A stretch of 63,402 nt of DNA, counting the filler, from Choristocarpus tenellus KU-1152 (Eukaryota; Protista; Phaeophyceae): NCBI GenBank assembly GCA_964200185.2. It is 12 parts of 12 records of this genome, joined end to end, with 100 filler letters (N's around TTAATTAATTAA, not from the genome) between each part and the next. Parts side by side here need not be neighbours in the genome. Positions count along the whole stretch, not along the records: positions 40,797 to 43,514 come from CAXNAD020025340.1; positions 43,615 to 48,707 come from CAXNAD020011901.1; positions 48,808 to 58,733 come from CAXNAD020003277.1; 9 more parts are not named here. The stretch is one strand, 5' to 3'. This document shows, in pieces, positions 43,134 through 55,740 of this stretch. The notes beneath the pieces are model-generated. The model saw only the letters and a program-made list of their open reading frames with translations, had not been told where the DNA came from and did not search any database. Every line of letters begins with the position of its first letter. The first letter of the stretch is position 1. Both the position numbers and the translations under genes were made by a program.

Positions 43134-43475
43134 CTGATATCCATGAGGATGGTGAGGGAATAATGGAGTGTATCAAGGGAGGGAGGAAGTTTGAGATGGA
43201 ATCCATGGGAGTGGGCGTGGTGGTCCAGATGTTGTGGTAAGGTTCAAAGTAAGAAAGAGGACACTGGAGAGAAGAAAAATTGTATTAGAACGGAACGGGA
43301 AAGGTTGTCGAATTAAAGCATTAAAAAGAAAAATGGAATCAAAAACTTTGTCGTAACGTTCAATGTAGTAGTGATTCATGAATGCGTGTAGGAGACTTCA
43401 CATTGGAAGTTTCGGTGAAGTAGTTCTTATTCCATTCTCACTCAACACTGCTGTGTGAGCTCAAACTCTTGAGAA

Positions 43476-43637
43476 GACCCAAAGTATCTGAGAGGGGGGG
43501 GGGGGTCTACACCANNNNNNNNNNNNNNNNNNNNNNNNNNNNNNNNNNNNNNNNNNNNTTAATTAATTAANNNNNNNNNNNNNNNNNNNNNNNNNNNNNN
43601 NNNNNNNNNNNNNNCCCCCTCCCAGATACTTTGGGTC
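43476..43637. mobile_element. MITE family A termini on either side of a linker (43476-43514 and 43615-43637)
   Basis: GACCCAAAGTATCTG... and ...CCCAGATACTTTGGGTC; they lie on different contigs. Confidence 0.75.
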
Positions 43638-45309
43638 AGACCAAAGAGTGAATTGCATGGAAAACTCGTTTCCGAACTTTATAAAGACGACCCAGACATC
43701 GCATGTGTTCAGCAGGGAGCTGGACCATCTACACAAAGGAGCGGATCAAGGGAGCGCAAACGAGTGGGATATTTACAACAGGGGAAGGATGGCACTTCTC
43801 AATGGTTGTAAGGGAATGGTGCTGGAGATCGTGATGGAGCACGAGGGACCCAGAACTGCCATGGATGCCTTGTGTGAGCATTATGAACCTTGTACTTTGG
43901 ATGAGAGATTTCGCATTTGAAATGTCTCCACTGCTGTTGTTCTTCCAACCTCGTACACCAGCAAATAATTGGTCATGTGACTGCTTGCACCAGTGTCAAA
44001 GATTCATTCTTCAATATCTGGTGGTTTTCCCATCTTGCAGCTTGACTTGTTGGTTCAACCAGCACTCCTCCCCTACATTGGTGTCTCCTGCCAATATCCA
44101 TATCACACAAAGCACAATCCTAAGTGCTCTCGCTTCCTTTTGTACCATCATTACCCCCACCATTGCCAGCACCTCCACCAGTAGTATGACCGTGATCTCC
44201 CGAGCTCCAATGTCGTTCACGGCATGTTGCTGCCACATGCCCCATCTTCCCATAGATGTCACATTCCTTGTGCTTGGTGGGACATTTAGTGCAGATGATT
44301 GTCGGAGATGGACAGGAACGCACATTGCTGGATGGGGCTGGATGGAGATGGTGTTGACATCAGTGGACGAGGAAGTGGAGTGCAGTGTGACCATGAAGAA
44401 GGTTGCTGTAGTGCCCACACTAGCCTACAACCCATGTTTTTTCGAACCATCTGTGAGACGTCAAGGCGACAGAGTATTGTCAAGTTTGATTCGTTGATGA
44501 TCGAGGGAAATCATAGCCTGAATGATCTCGAAAAATCTGTGGTGAATGGATTCTATACGGGCTACATATATAGGGTTCTATCTCAAAGAACCTCCACTGG
44601 ATTAATGGTCACACCAAAGGTTCGGTTAGACAGCAACGAATTTCACCAACACCTAGACCATCTTCATGAACAGGTGACGCGAAAAACTGCAACAACCAAT
44701 GGAATTGACCTCACTGGACCTTGGGAACCACGTGTTGAATGTTCACAGGCCAAAAATCACCGTGCTCCAGTACCATGACGTACAGAACCTCGGGTAACAA
44801 GGAAACTTGAGAGGGTATTCACTTATTTGATCGGACCTAAGCTGGTAGGTAGCCTTGGGGGTTGTTACTATTCCATGGTTGTCGTCAATGACTGCACCAA
44901 GATGAAATGGATACGATTCCTGGACAAAAAGAATGGTACTGCAGATGTACTGGAGGGTTTCATCTCGGACGTGACTGCACAAGTGGAATGCAGATTGGCT
45001 GCATTTGAAGAGATTAGGGTGGAGAATTTGTGATTGGTACTTTCCAAGCAGTGCTGAGGAAGCATGGCATCGGCTGGGAGTTTACTAGTGATTTTACCTC
45101 AGAATATAATGGTGTCGCAGAACGAGAGTTGGGGCTGATTGCTGAGAAAGCAATGATTATGATGGTTTGCGCAGGACTTGAAGGCTGTCTCAATTTGTGG
45201 GCTGAAGCTCAAGAATATTATTGTAATCTGAGCAATATGCTTGTGTCACTCGGAGCAATGAGGATTGGATTTCTCCGTACGAGTTTTGGCATTGTGAACC
45301 AGGAAAGAT

Positions 45310-45408
45310 CCATCCGAAGTATGCAACCAAATCACCCAAAAATCGTGACATGAAAAAATCGACCCCAAATGGACAGCCGCCACCCCTCCCCCCCAGATAC
45401 TTTGAGTC
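45310..45408 (+). mobile_element. MITE family A right half inside copia integrase
   Basis: TATGCAACCAAATCACCC...CCCCAGATACTTTGAGTC. Confidence 0.8.
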
Positions 45409-48188
45409 AATGGGATACATGCGGGTGTCTACATGGAAGCACAAACTGGATGTGCGAAGATCCAAGTGCTTGTCGATGGGATTGGCTGCACATCACCCAC
45501 TTAGATCTTTGCGAATTTTAAAGAAGAGGTTGAACCAGGTGTTGAATTGTCAATTGTCAATTTTGTAACATGGCACTCACTTCCCCTGTCTATGTGTTCT
45601 CCCACTTGTGCTAATAATATGTATGAGATGCATTTTCCCGAAACATCGTTTGATGAATTGGGATGGGTAAATGAAGGGGCTGCGCATGAAAAGGAATCTC
45701 GCAAATCTGCTCAACATGGAAAGAGGGGTCTCATGATATTTCGTGAAGTTGAATGCTGCGCGAGCTCGCAGATTTTCTCCCAATGCCTACGTCAATCACA
45801 CCAACATCTCAACGTTCGAAGAGAGATCAGCAGAGGGTCATCAGGCTAGGGGACCAAGGCATGTCAGGAGAAGCACTAGTCGCTACCTTGGAGAAGGCCC
45901 TAGTTGTAAGTGGTCCATAATGCTGCGAAGGAGCCCACCTGTTAAAACATAGGCTACTCATTCGATTTGCTTTGATACGATATAGTATCGTCAGTCCATA
46001 CTGAAGGTTGATTTGTCATTGCAATGATCGCTATTCCAATTTACATCATTAGCTCATTAGCTCATCATCACAACTCACTCAGAAGATCACAGTATATAGG
46101 AAGTATAGGAATAGTCGCTACCTATCACTCATACTATGCGTAACAGTAGTTACCTTAGATATGGATTCAAGCTTGGCTTCTTCTTTCTTCGTGTTACTTC
46201 TTTCTCACGCAAGTTATCCGTAACATATCATATGTTGATTCTTATTTTGTACTTGACTAGCATTGCTCTTTGCAAGACACCCTGTTCACTCTGCAACACA
46301 TATAAGAAACACACCAGGACGCAATATAAATAGAGTTAAAACCATCCTTCGAAATCCTTCTCAGCCAAGGTGACAACCCTCTTCACAGAGGATGGATTTC
46401 TTCATTTGAGCGTCTCAATGAATGGCCACACACTATCTATAAACCATTGTCTGCTCTGAGTAAAACATGCCACAGACGTACCAGTACACATTTCACTTCA
46501 ACCAAAGTCTGATTGAGTAAGACATCCCTTCAGATGCACCAGACCGAACCCGCTGGTGTCTTGTTGCACTATGACACACATTTTTTTCTAAACGTGTTTA
46601 TCACAGTACAACCAAACCTACTTTCACAGCGAACATTGTCTGATTGAGTAAAACATGCCATCAGATCCTACCAGTACAAATTCATCAGTGCTTTGTTGCA
46701 CTATGATTCTCTTCGTCATAAACCAGATACTTTACAACAATGCACAACTAATACGAAATCAGGTTTCAACATTTCCTCATGGAATGACCAACACACTGCC
46801 ACCTGAGCCTCGGTCCTATTGTGATGCTTTGCAGTCTCCATAGGCATCATTTTGGCAGGACACTGACAACGGAGTTGGCTAAACTGGTGGAAACTGGGGT
46901 TTGGGATGAGGTGCAAAGGCTATGAGATTGTTGTGTAGTCCAAACCAAATTAGTGTTTAAGAGAAAGGTAAATTCGGAGGGAGAAGTGGCTGTACAAAGC
47001 CTGCCTAGTAGTCATGGGAAACGGGAAAATCCCTGGATTAGACTACACAGAGAAATTTGCACCGACACCCTTGACAAGCACCTTACGGTTATAGTGATGG
47101 CAATCGCTGTATCTGAGGACATATAACTATGGCATGATGATGTTGGACAGGCTCTTGTACAAGCCGATGTCAAGGAGAACATCTACATTGACTACCAGAG
47201 GATGTGACAGCAGCTCCAGGAATGGTGGGAAATCTCAAGAGATCTTTCTATGGCTTGGTGCACGCATCACGCAACATGCATCTCAAAAACTAGTCAGAAC
47301 CATCAAGGGACTAGGTTTCGAGCATTGCGAGGCTGAACCCTGTTTGCTTCGTCTAGTGAAACACAGGGTGTTGGGAGTGCTGATATAGCCATACATGCGA
47401 ATGATCCGTTGATGGATGGTCACTCGCAGAAGAAGGGCAGGGTAGTGGTGGAAGCTCTGAATCAGGGATTCCCTGTGATGGTTTTGGGGATGTAAAGTTC
47501 TATATGGGACGCCGTATTACACAGGACCGTAAATTGAGGACACCGAAGATTGATCAGCAAGTCTACATGGAAGGGTCGGTGAAACAGTTCAAGATCATCA
47601 AAGAAAATTATATGCCTGGATCTAAAACCGGGAATCTGTCTGAGAAGGATTCGTGTTTGAAACTGAACCTATCTACTCCGTACAGGGAAGCAGTGGGGTC
47701 ATTAATCGGGTTAGTGATCATGACCAGGCCTGATATTGCCCACGTGGTAATGACTGTGCCCAGATATAGCAGTAACTCAGGGCAGAGGCATTGAGAAGCT
47801 GTTAAACAGATTTTTGGGGTATGTGAGTCACACAAGGGGGACTGACATCACATACAATGGAAAGCTGGAAAAGCGACTGGAGACATTTAATGATGCGGAC
47901 CAAGTATCTGATCTGGATCAATAGAGGTCTGTATCTGGGGGATGATTACCATGGGACGTGTAGCATTATCATGATTTTCTAGGATACAGAAGGTGGTGGC
48001 TCTGTCTACGACTGAAGCTGAGTAGGTGGCTTTGAGTGACACAGCTAAGGAAGTACTCTTCTTGAGACAGGAATTGGAGTTTGTAAATCGGGAGAGGACT
48101 ACTAGCTGTACCTTGGCGTATGAGGACAATGAGGTGCAGTGAAGCTGTCTGGAAACCCAGTCAATGGATTTAGGACAAAGTATATTGA

Positions 48189-48365
48189 GACCCAAAGTAT
48201 CTGGGGGGGGAGGGTCTACACCAGGGTGTCCATTTGTCCAAAATCTGGAAAAGTGCACTTATGGTATCTTTCCGACGTATGCAACCAAATCACCCAAAAA
48301 TCGTGACATGAAAAAACCGACCCCAAATGGACAGCCGCCACTCCCCCCCCCAGATACTTTGAGTC
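48189..48365 (+). mobile_element. MITE family A, complete (177 bp), 3-bp TSD TGA, inserted in copia RNase H
   Basis: TIRs GACCCAAAGTATCTGGGGGGGG / CCCCCCCCAGATACTTTGAGTC; removing the element plus one TGA restores AGG ACA AAG TAT ATT GAT GTA CGT CAT CAT TTC (RTKYIDVRHHF). Confidence 0.93.
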
Positions 48366-48665
48366 TGATGTACGTCATCATTTCCTTAGCTAGTTAGTTG
48401 AGGATAAGATCATAGAAGTTGTGCATGTGGGAACTGAGGAGAAACATGCAGATTTTCTTATCAAGCCTCTCAATCGTGGTAATTTCATTATCATGTGAGA
48501 GCTATAATGAATTTCTGATTATTCGAATTTTCAGGAGTTGAAGTCGAGCTAGGATAAACCTAGTATCAGTGTTGCGTTGTAACAGAACATTGCGAGTGCC
48601 CAGTAGGAGAGGATGTTTGCATAAGGAGATGCTTTGAACTACTGTACATACCAAGTGCTGATATT

Positions 48666-48843
48666 GAGCCAAAGTATCTTAGAGGGTAGAGCCACGTCCA
48701 TTTGGGGNNNNNNNNNNNNNNNNNNNNNNNNNNNNNNNNNNNNNNNNNNNNTTAATTAATTAANNNNNNNNNNNNNNNNNNNNNNNNNNNNNNNNNNNNN
48801 NNNNNNNGTGTAGACCCCCCCCCTCCCCCAGATACTTTGGGTC
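48666..48843. mobile_element. MITE B terminus (48666-48707) and MITE A terminus (48808-48843) at contig ends
   Basis: Match to the respective TIRs. Confidence 0.75.
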
Positions 48844-49185
48844 TTGACTCAATATTTGAATGACTTGGAACTCCATGGCAACCTCTACTTGGTCTCAAAT
48901 CTTAGGATCCTAAGGCCATCTATACACAATAGTAACTGATTCAAGGTATGGTCAATTGTTGAACTCTCCACAAAGCAGTTCCAACAGCAGCAGGTGGTAT
49001 CACTAGCAACGCGACAGGGTAAAGAGACAAATACAACGTATGTCTTGATGATTGTTCATGAAATTCTGCTGAGTAACCAGCAAAACTGCCAAGAAACATA
49101 CTCAGAGCAACCACAATCAAGGAAGTCCAAACTGCCATGATCACGTTTCTCAACCCAGAAACATGTGAGGTGGGAAGGTGCTCAC

Positions 49186-52100
49186 CGGGAGGTGTGACCT
49201 TTTCACCCTTTGGCAGGAGTGCAATATCAGCATCATCAAAGCTCAGCGTAAACGCAGAGTTAACCTGCACATTACACGCCAGCAAGGGGGTACACAAAAT
49301 ATTCACATTATCTCAAAGAAATTAGAAAATTGGTGGAGTAAAGAAGCACATTTACCTGATATTGTGTGACATTTGTAATGGGCAGTGTCATTTGAACAAT
49401 ACAAAAAATATGTCGGTTAGATTTTCCTTCAGGTTTTTCCCTGTATCTTGATATCATACCTTTTCAAGGATGCCATTGCCGTTGTAGGCAAAGTCAACAA
49501 ATACATCAGAGCCATACTGAGCATTTAGGGAGTCCTGAAAGGCCACAAATGTCGCCATATCCTGTCCAGACGACCTGGACTCCTGGTGGATTAATAGAAT
49601 TTCATGGAGCAGAATTTGCATGTATTAGACAGTTACCTGTGCAAGCTCGTTATGAGTTCAATCCACCCCTGAGTGGGTATATCATCAGCGTAGACGAAAC
49701 TTCAGAATCCTCTACAATATTTTTTTTCGCACTTTTCAGATGAGTCTAACCAGTTATCAGTACCTTTGACGATGGATAGTCACACACAAATGACGAACAA
49801 AATAAAGTCGGAATTTTGCTTTAGCTGCAGCTCACTTCAGTAAAGCAGACATATTTCAAACTTTAGCGAGAGTTTGGAAACAAGAAGACGCATTATCAAG
49901 TACACCATCCAAAACGTTTTACAGATAACTGGGAGGTAGGCAAGTTCTGAACCTTAAGCATTCTAAGCCATTGTTGTAACCCGGGTATATACCCTATTCC
50001 ATTGCTCTATGCACCTCAAAATCGACATCCTACCTTTCCAGACACCAAATGATGCTACAATTCACCAAAGGTCCTTTCCGGAATCGTACAAAGAGGCATC
50101 TTTCAGCCGTTTCTGGGGATCCATAAAATGCAACCTTGTCTACCTCTTGATTGCTCTGGCTCTTTCTGTGGCACTTACAGTTCCTTCATTAAAATCCCCA
50201 TCATACACCCACTGGGCTGTACTGAGAAACAGGTCATCCACAACAGGACCAAGGTAGTAGCGTCTCTCACCCTAAACGAAGAAAGTGTTCCCCCATGTTG
50301 CAACAGCCATGCAACAAGGAATGCAACAATGGTGCAAAAAAAGATTGTGAGAAGTGTTGAACACGTTTGGTGCTAGTGAAGCGAGTGATCGTGAGTCAGT
50401 TGAATGTTTCCACAAGTTATTGCACTTCTTTCCATCCACGCTGAATTCCGATCCACACTGGGGTGTTTCTTTGCTGCACAGTCCCAAAGTATTCAAGAGG
50501 TACTCTTTTGTCAGGAATGCACTCTATGTCCAGAGTGGATCCATCATTCTCTTCACCTGGAAGACCCCCTTGGTGGCCCAGTCAGTGACAAAGTTACCCC
50601 AGGCCCAAGAGCCCATATCAAACCAAGCCATTGCATGGAAAAGGAAGAGTTCTTCCAGGCCATCTGCACCAATCCACTCTACCGCAGACGCAGAGGGGTA
50701 CGCTGTTGTGTCGATTGTGGCCGCCAGCAGGGTCCCACTTGCATCTGCGTAACTGTCAGGTGTTTTTGTAAGGTGGGGATTGAGATAGGAGGCACATTAT
50801 ATCAATAACAGAGACATTGAATTCAAGCTAATGGCTCTCATCAAAGGTTGAGAGTAGGGATGAAGGAAAATGCTGGGTACAGGAACTACATGCTTTAATT
50901 GAATCACATATAGCCAGCATTTCAGAGGTCTACACACAACACCACGAACCTAGACCTGCACATATGATAGAGGAAGGGATTCAATGAACTAGAAATTAAA
51001 GCAACTTCAAAATGGTGGGCTTTGGAACCTTTTTAGGTGCATGTTCCTGCTGGAGAGTTTGAAGATTTTTGTGTTCTTGTAAAAAATTAGATGGGCAAAG
51101 CGATATATCAGGGTGTCAATTGCGACACTTTTTGCGAGCCCAAACAAATACTCTGCTTCAAAAATTCCCTGACCAGCGAGAGTGCCGTGACCACCAAGGA
51201 TGTCGAACTTACGATGACAAAGTAGTTGCCGTTCCGTTTTCGAAAGAAGTTCCCCACTGAATCACTGGTCGCGCGAAGATATTGTTTGTTTGAGGATTGG
51301 TCTGCATGTTGGTAGGAGACACTCTTGACGCCGCGGCCCCTGCGGCTAAACAGGGGAAAACGAAACAAGTCCAGGCAACAAATTATAAAAACCAAAACGC
51401 GAAATTCAAGGGAAAATATTGGCTCAAAGTATCTGTGAGGGGGTGGCGACTGTCCATTTGGGGTCAATTTTTTCATGTCACGATTTTTGGGTGATTTTAT
51501 TGCATACGTCAGATGGTTACTGTAAATGTACTTTTCCTGATTTGACCCAAATGGACACCATGCTGTAGACCCCCCCCCCCCTCACAGATACTTTGGGTCA
51601 TTATTAGGTGTATCTCGCATAGAAGGTGGTTGAAGGTGGGTGTGCCGTGTCTGCTGGCGTGCATAAAAAGAATATTGCAGGTGCATTCAGAAGTCAATTC
51701 CCATTGTGTAAGGGAATTTGTATTAGTTTGTACTGGTCAGCCTGTTCTCAAACCATTAAAAGTGTTTAATCTTTCAACCTCGTACTGAGACTCACCTGTC
51801 AACCTGAGCCCCTCAGGGATAGGGGCAGATGCTGAGAAGAGAGGCACGTCAAAATACTGACTAATCTTCAGCCTTGCCTGGATCTCAGGATCATCAGCTG
51901 CAGCAGATGAATCGAAGTAGACAATCCTGACCTACAAATACAAGCAGCAATTTGATTCATGAGGAATCCTGTATCTTTGGGGAAGAATTGGAATTGGGCT
52001 CTCCTTTCCCAGGCAGGTGCCGCCGTGGTTGGATTAAGAGAGCGAGCATGGAGGACGAGGGCTGGTGCATATATTGTATGAAATCATTGAAACATGGGCA

Positions 52101-53169
52101 TAGATCCAAAGTGCAATATATAGAAAAAGGGATGGGGCGAGATGCCTTGCCTACCAAAAAATCAAGACCTAATAAACAATATTCAGTGCAGGTCTCGGTG
52201 ATTAGGAGCGCTTGCTCTGACGAAATTGGGGTCGCCGTGTTGACCTATTATGAAAATTGGCTCAGGAAAAAACAAATAATACTACATTACTCGTAGGATC
52301 ATAGTAGCACATGGATGACTCGTTAGACGCACCCCTGTGGCGTTCGTTTTGAATTTTAACCTCTCATAGAGCTCCTACCAAGCGTGTTCGGATTGGTCTG
52401 TCATCTGCATGTTCTCTCTCGATAATACTCCAACACCATATCCAACACTTCGAACCCACCCTGAACGACTTTGAGTAGTCTTGGAGCTCCGTCTTTTGGT
52501 CAGCGGTTGGTTCCACACCAACATAGATGACATTGCACTTGCCAGATCCGTCAGTATTTGTCAAGTCCAACGTTCCTGAAGGGCTAACCATCACCACCTT
52601 CGCAGAGCCAGTGAGACAAGCCAAGAGACTCGATGTATGAAGTTGCATAGTTCATATTAGGACAACGTATCCCCTCTCAGGCAAAGCCAAAAGTTAGTCT
52701 AGTTGAGAGAACTAACCTGAGAGGCTGACCAGAAGCCTTTATACCACTGCGAGATGAGGTAAGGTTCTGCCACACTCCCAACATCTGGTTCCTGTAGAGG
52801 CCAAGGTGAGATTGAGCGACACGAGTTCCAACAATTCTTCCGATTAAAGATGAACGAGCTAGCGTTTGGGCAAGGCAAAGCAGCGCACCGATCCTGATGA
52901 TCCCTTAAGAACTTACGTTTTTCGATGATATCTATTCTATTGACATGTATGATTGTCATACGTACCACCAATCACACCCACACCATATCAAGAAAACACT
53001 CACATGCTGAATCGCTGAAAGGGTTTCCCTCATCGCAAACCATTCTGGCTTCACTCACCAGTTCTTGACTGCATATGATGCATGGCTGCAGGTCCACTAA
53101 AACCTGTTGTGCATGGACTGTCGAAAGAAGAGCAAAGGCAGCCATCACCGGCCATGAGAGTCGAACCAT
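49186..53169 (-). CDS. Secreted Agd3-like (CE18-type) polysaccharide deacetylase, first ~420 aa; exons 53169-52984, 52893-52717, 52597-52460, 51931-51796, 51345-51213, 50752-50557, 50271-50179, 49582-49460, 49264-49186
   Basis: Nine GT-AG, phase-compatible exons give one open frame: signal peptide MVRLSWPVMAAFALLSTVHA; TADQKTELQDYSKSFR|VRIVYFD; DGLEELFLF...FVTDWATKGVFQ|GERRYYLGPVVDDLFLST; RSSGQDMATFVAFQDSLNAQYGSDVFVDFAYNGNG. These match the Agd3 motifs as I recall them (W-TRG...G-RR-YL--QVDD-FL-T and FNGNG). Confidence 0.82.
51421..51599 (-). mobile_element. MITE family A, complete, intronic, 3-bp TSD ATT
   Basis: TIRs GGCTCAAAGTATCTGTGAGGGGG / CCCCCTCACAGATACTTTGGGTC; ATT at 51418-51420 and 51600-51602. 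Confidence 0.92.
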
Positions 53170-54410
53170 CTGATGACCAATGGACTGGACCAGCTGGGAA
53201 CTGCAACTTGGTTCACTATGCGGTGTGAGGATAACCCGCGCGTCTTGCAATCTTTTTGGTGGTGTAAAGGTATGGGAGGGGAGAGTTGAATATATTTTTC
53301 ACTGAGGTCAACCGTCTTTATCTTTGGTGAGGGGGTAGGGTTCAGCTCTTAACCTGTATTAATTATTCCCCATTTATAATGACAGGGAAAATGTTGGGTT
53401 TGTAGAAGTTTATTATATTGAATAGAAAAATATTATAGTTCGACAGTTGTGGATAGAGAGGAGTCTGTCGGAAAGAATAATAGTGACAACAAACAACTTC
53501 AATACTTCATCCATTATCAGTTGGAAAATTCACCACCCACCATTTTGGAGACAAACTACTTATATTGGATTAGTCTATATGGTTATTGACTAGTTCTCCA
53601 AACTCTAACCACTACTTTATCGTTTTGTGTCACTCAATAACATACAATTTGTTGGGTATTCTGCATTGCTTTCTACATTTGAAAGGATTCCAGAAAAAAA
53701 AAGGTTATATGAAAAATACAAGGATGAAAAATAGAACAATTTCTTGTGGTTTGTGGTTTGTGGTTTGTCGCTTGTCGCATCAATTGGTTTCGATTGGAGG
53801 GTGTTTTTGACCAATCCAACAATTCGTATGAAAATGTTGACATGTTCTTCATCCCACAGTTATATTTTTGAAGTGAAGATTGGATTGGAGGGTTATTTTG
53901 AGTATGGAAAAGTTTATGGTGATATTGGATTGGAGAGTTCTCCTATAACGTAACTTATTTTTTTAATGCGCAACAATGTGTTGTTACCTGCATGCACTTC
54001 GCAAGTTCGAACCCTTTCATTGACGGACATATTTTCACGGAAATTACCCAAATCCAATGTGCAAACTTATACATGCGTTCCTTACACTTTTTGTCAACCA
54101 CGGAATTGTAAAAATAGTAGACAGTGTCTGCGCTTTATCCCTGGACAATATGTTCTTCTTAGACAGACATCCAATATCAGCCCTTCTTTTCACACATCTT
54201 CCACCAGTGTGTACATCTTTAAAAGTAGGTGGCCTAAGTGATACAAAATTGATCCAGTGTTCATCGAAGGAATTTGTCAACCTGTTCACAGTATCCCAGA
54301 CTCTGGGTACGGGTAAGGGACAGTGTTTTTCCCACTCTCCCCGTCGTGTGGCCCATCATATCCTATTCTACTCCTGCGATTACCTAATTCTTCATAAGAA
54401 CAGCATATTA

Positions 54411-54543
54411 CAGCCTATTTCAAAAATTGAGGATGGAGCTTTTCATTTTTAAGAAAAATACATATCGACACTTTATCCCAGTCAATTTTGGGTCAAGCCC
54501 ATCCTCAATGAAAAGCTCCATCCTCAATTTTTGAAATAGGCTG
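54411..54543. mobile_element. 133-bp MITE (family D), ~37-bp perfect TIRs, TTA TSD (PIF/Harbinger-type); a related TIR at ~15878-15909
   Basis: CAGCCTATTTCAAAAATTGAGGATGGAGCTTTTCATT and its exact reverse complement; TTA on both sides. Confidence 0.88.
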
Positions 54544-55540
54544 TTATATATTGATGTGGATGCATCGTATGCTCTTCCCCACCATTAGCCATCCTGCATC
54601 ACTCCAACTAATGTCGTATCTAGCGGGGTTAAAGTTGATGAGCACCTCCATCTACCACACTCTTGGTGCCATCTTTCAATGGCCTTACATGCAGGGGAGC
54701 TATGGCCAATTCAATTTCTTCCATTTGAGTTGGACAACTGCTTCAGGTATATACTGTCAGTCCTTCACAGTCATTCTTCTTCCTGCCATTATTTTTCTTG
54801 TCAAATTGGCAATTTGCATATTACATGCCTGTGATAAATCTTCTTAACCCAGCATCCATTAAATTTTCACAGTGGGCTACCAATGAGTCAAAGTAAAGAG
54901 AGGTACACAGTTTTGGGGCGTTTTGCATTAAGCCACTCTTTTCATCTCTTACTACTCGCCCATATTTCTAGAGGGACGAAGTGATTAGATCGGTTGATAG
55001 CGCTGCTATCTCTGCTGATTAAAAATTCTCAACAGAATTTAAAAAATTCATATACTCACATTTGTACAACAGAAAAAAAAAAAAATGTCTGCGTCCTTAA
55101 AATGCAACCTGGAGTACCTTTCATTTACGTTGACTCAATATATGCGTACATACCCAGCATATTGGCCTTAAACCAAACTCATCATTATCCCAGGGCCATG
55201 TATTTTCTTAGAGAGGGTGGTATTTAGTCCAGGTTGTTCATTCAGGGCTTGATGGGGTGTTGTAAGATACCCCACAGTTTGATGCCTGTTTTGTGAGTGA
55301 TTTTCCTTCGGATTTGGTTAGGGCAGGGGGGTGGGAAAGGAAGGCGCGTTCAGATAAAGAAATCGTCCTTACATCTGACACGTTCACTCAGGTGGCATGG
55401 AAATCAGTACAAGGTTACACCGGCCTGGAATTGACGGCTGACCACCCCTCTAGGATACTATAGGTCCCACTCAGAGAGAAAAAGAACCACTACTTCTTGG
55501 CATATATTGCCCTCCTGGTAGCGAGAGGAATATTCAAGAT

Positions 55541-55740
55541 GAGTGAAAGTATCTTAGAGGGAAGGAGTTTCTCCCTGTTTGTCTGTTTGGGGCTTGGCTT
55601 CCCACGGGTTTTTTATGGCATTTTCCCGACTCCGAAACAATTCGGAGTAGGGAAAATGTGTAGAACTATGAAAAGGTGTGTTCGGAACATTGGATTTTGA
55701 CCCCAAACGGACGTGGCTCTACCCTCTAAGGTATTTTAAA
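55541..55740 (-). mobile_element. MITE family B, internally deleted
   Basis: GAGTGAAAGTATCTTAGAGGG...CTCTACCCTCTAAG; central hairpin retained. Confidence 0.82.

Larger units (their letters stand above)
43640..48660 (+). mobile_element. Degenerate Ty1/copia retrotransposon with nested insertions (gag, protease, pre-integrase, integrase, RT, RNase H; probable PPT/LTR start ~48612)
   Basis: FHQHLDHLHE...CSQAK (pre-integrase); LIGPKLVGSLGGCYYSMVVVNDCTKMKWIRFL; EYNGVAER; PYREAVGSLIGLVIMTRPDIA; VVALSTTEAE; RTKYIDVRHHF once the MITE is removed. Confidence 0.9.

Noticed and set aside
42137-53169. Apparent clustering of the GMC oxidase and the Agd3-like deacetylase as a pathway
   Set aside because: They are on different contigs separated by artificial linkers, so proximity is not evidence.
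53960-54840. Possible piggyBac-like transposase remnant around MITE D
   Set aside because: Only vague fragments (RVWDTVNRLTNSFDEHW) and no catalytic motif.
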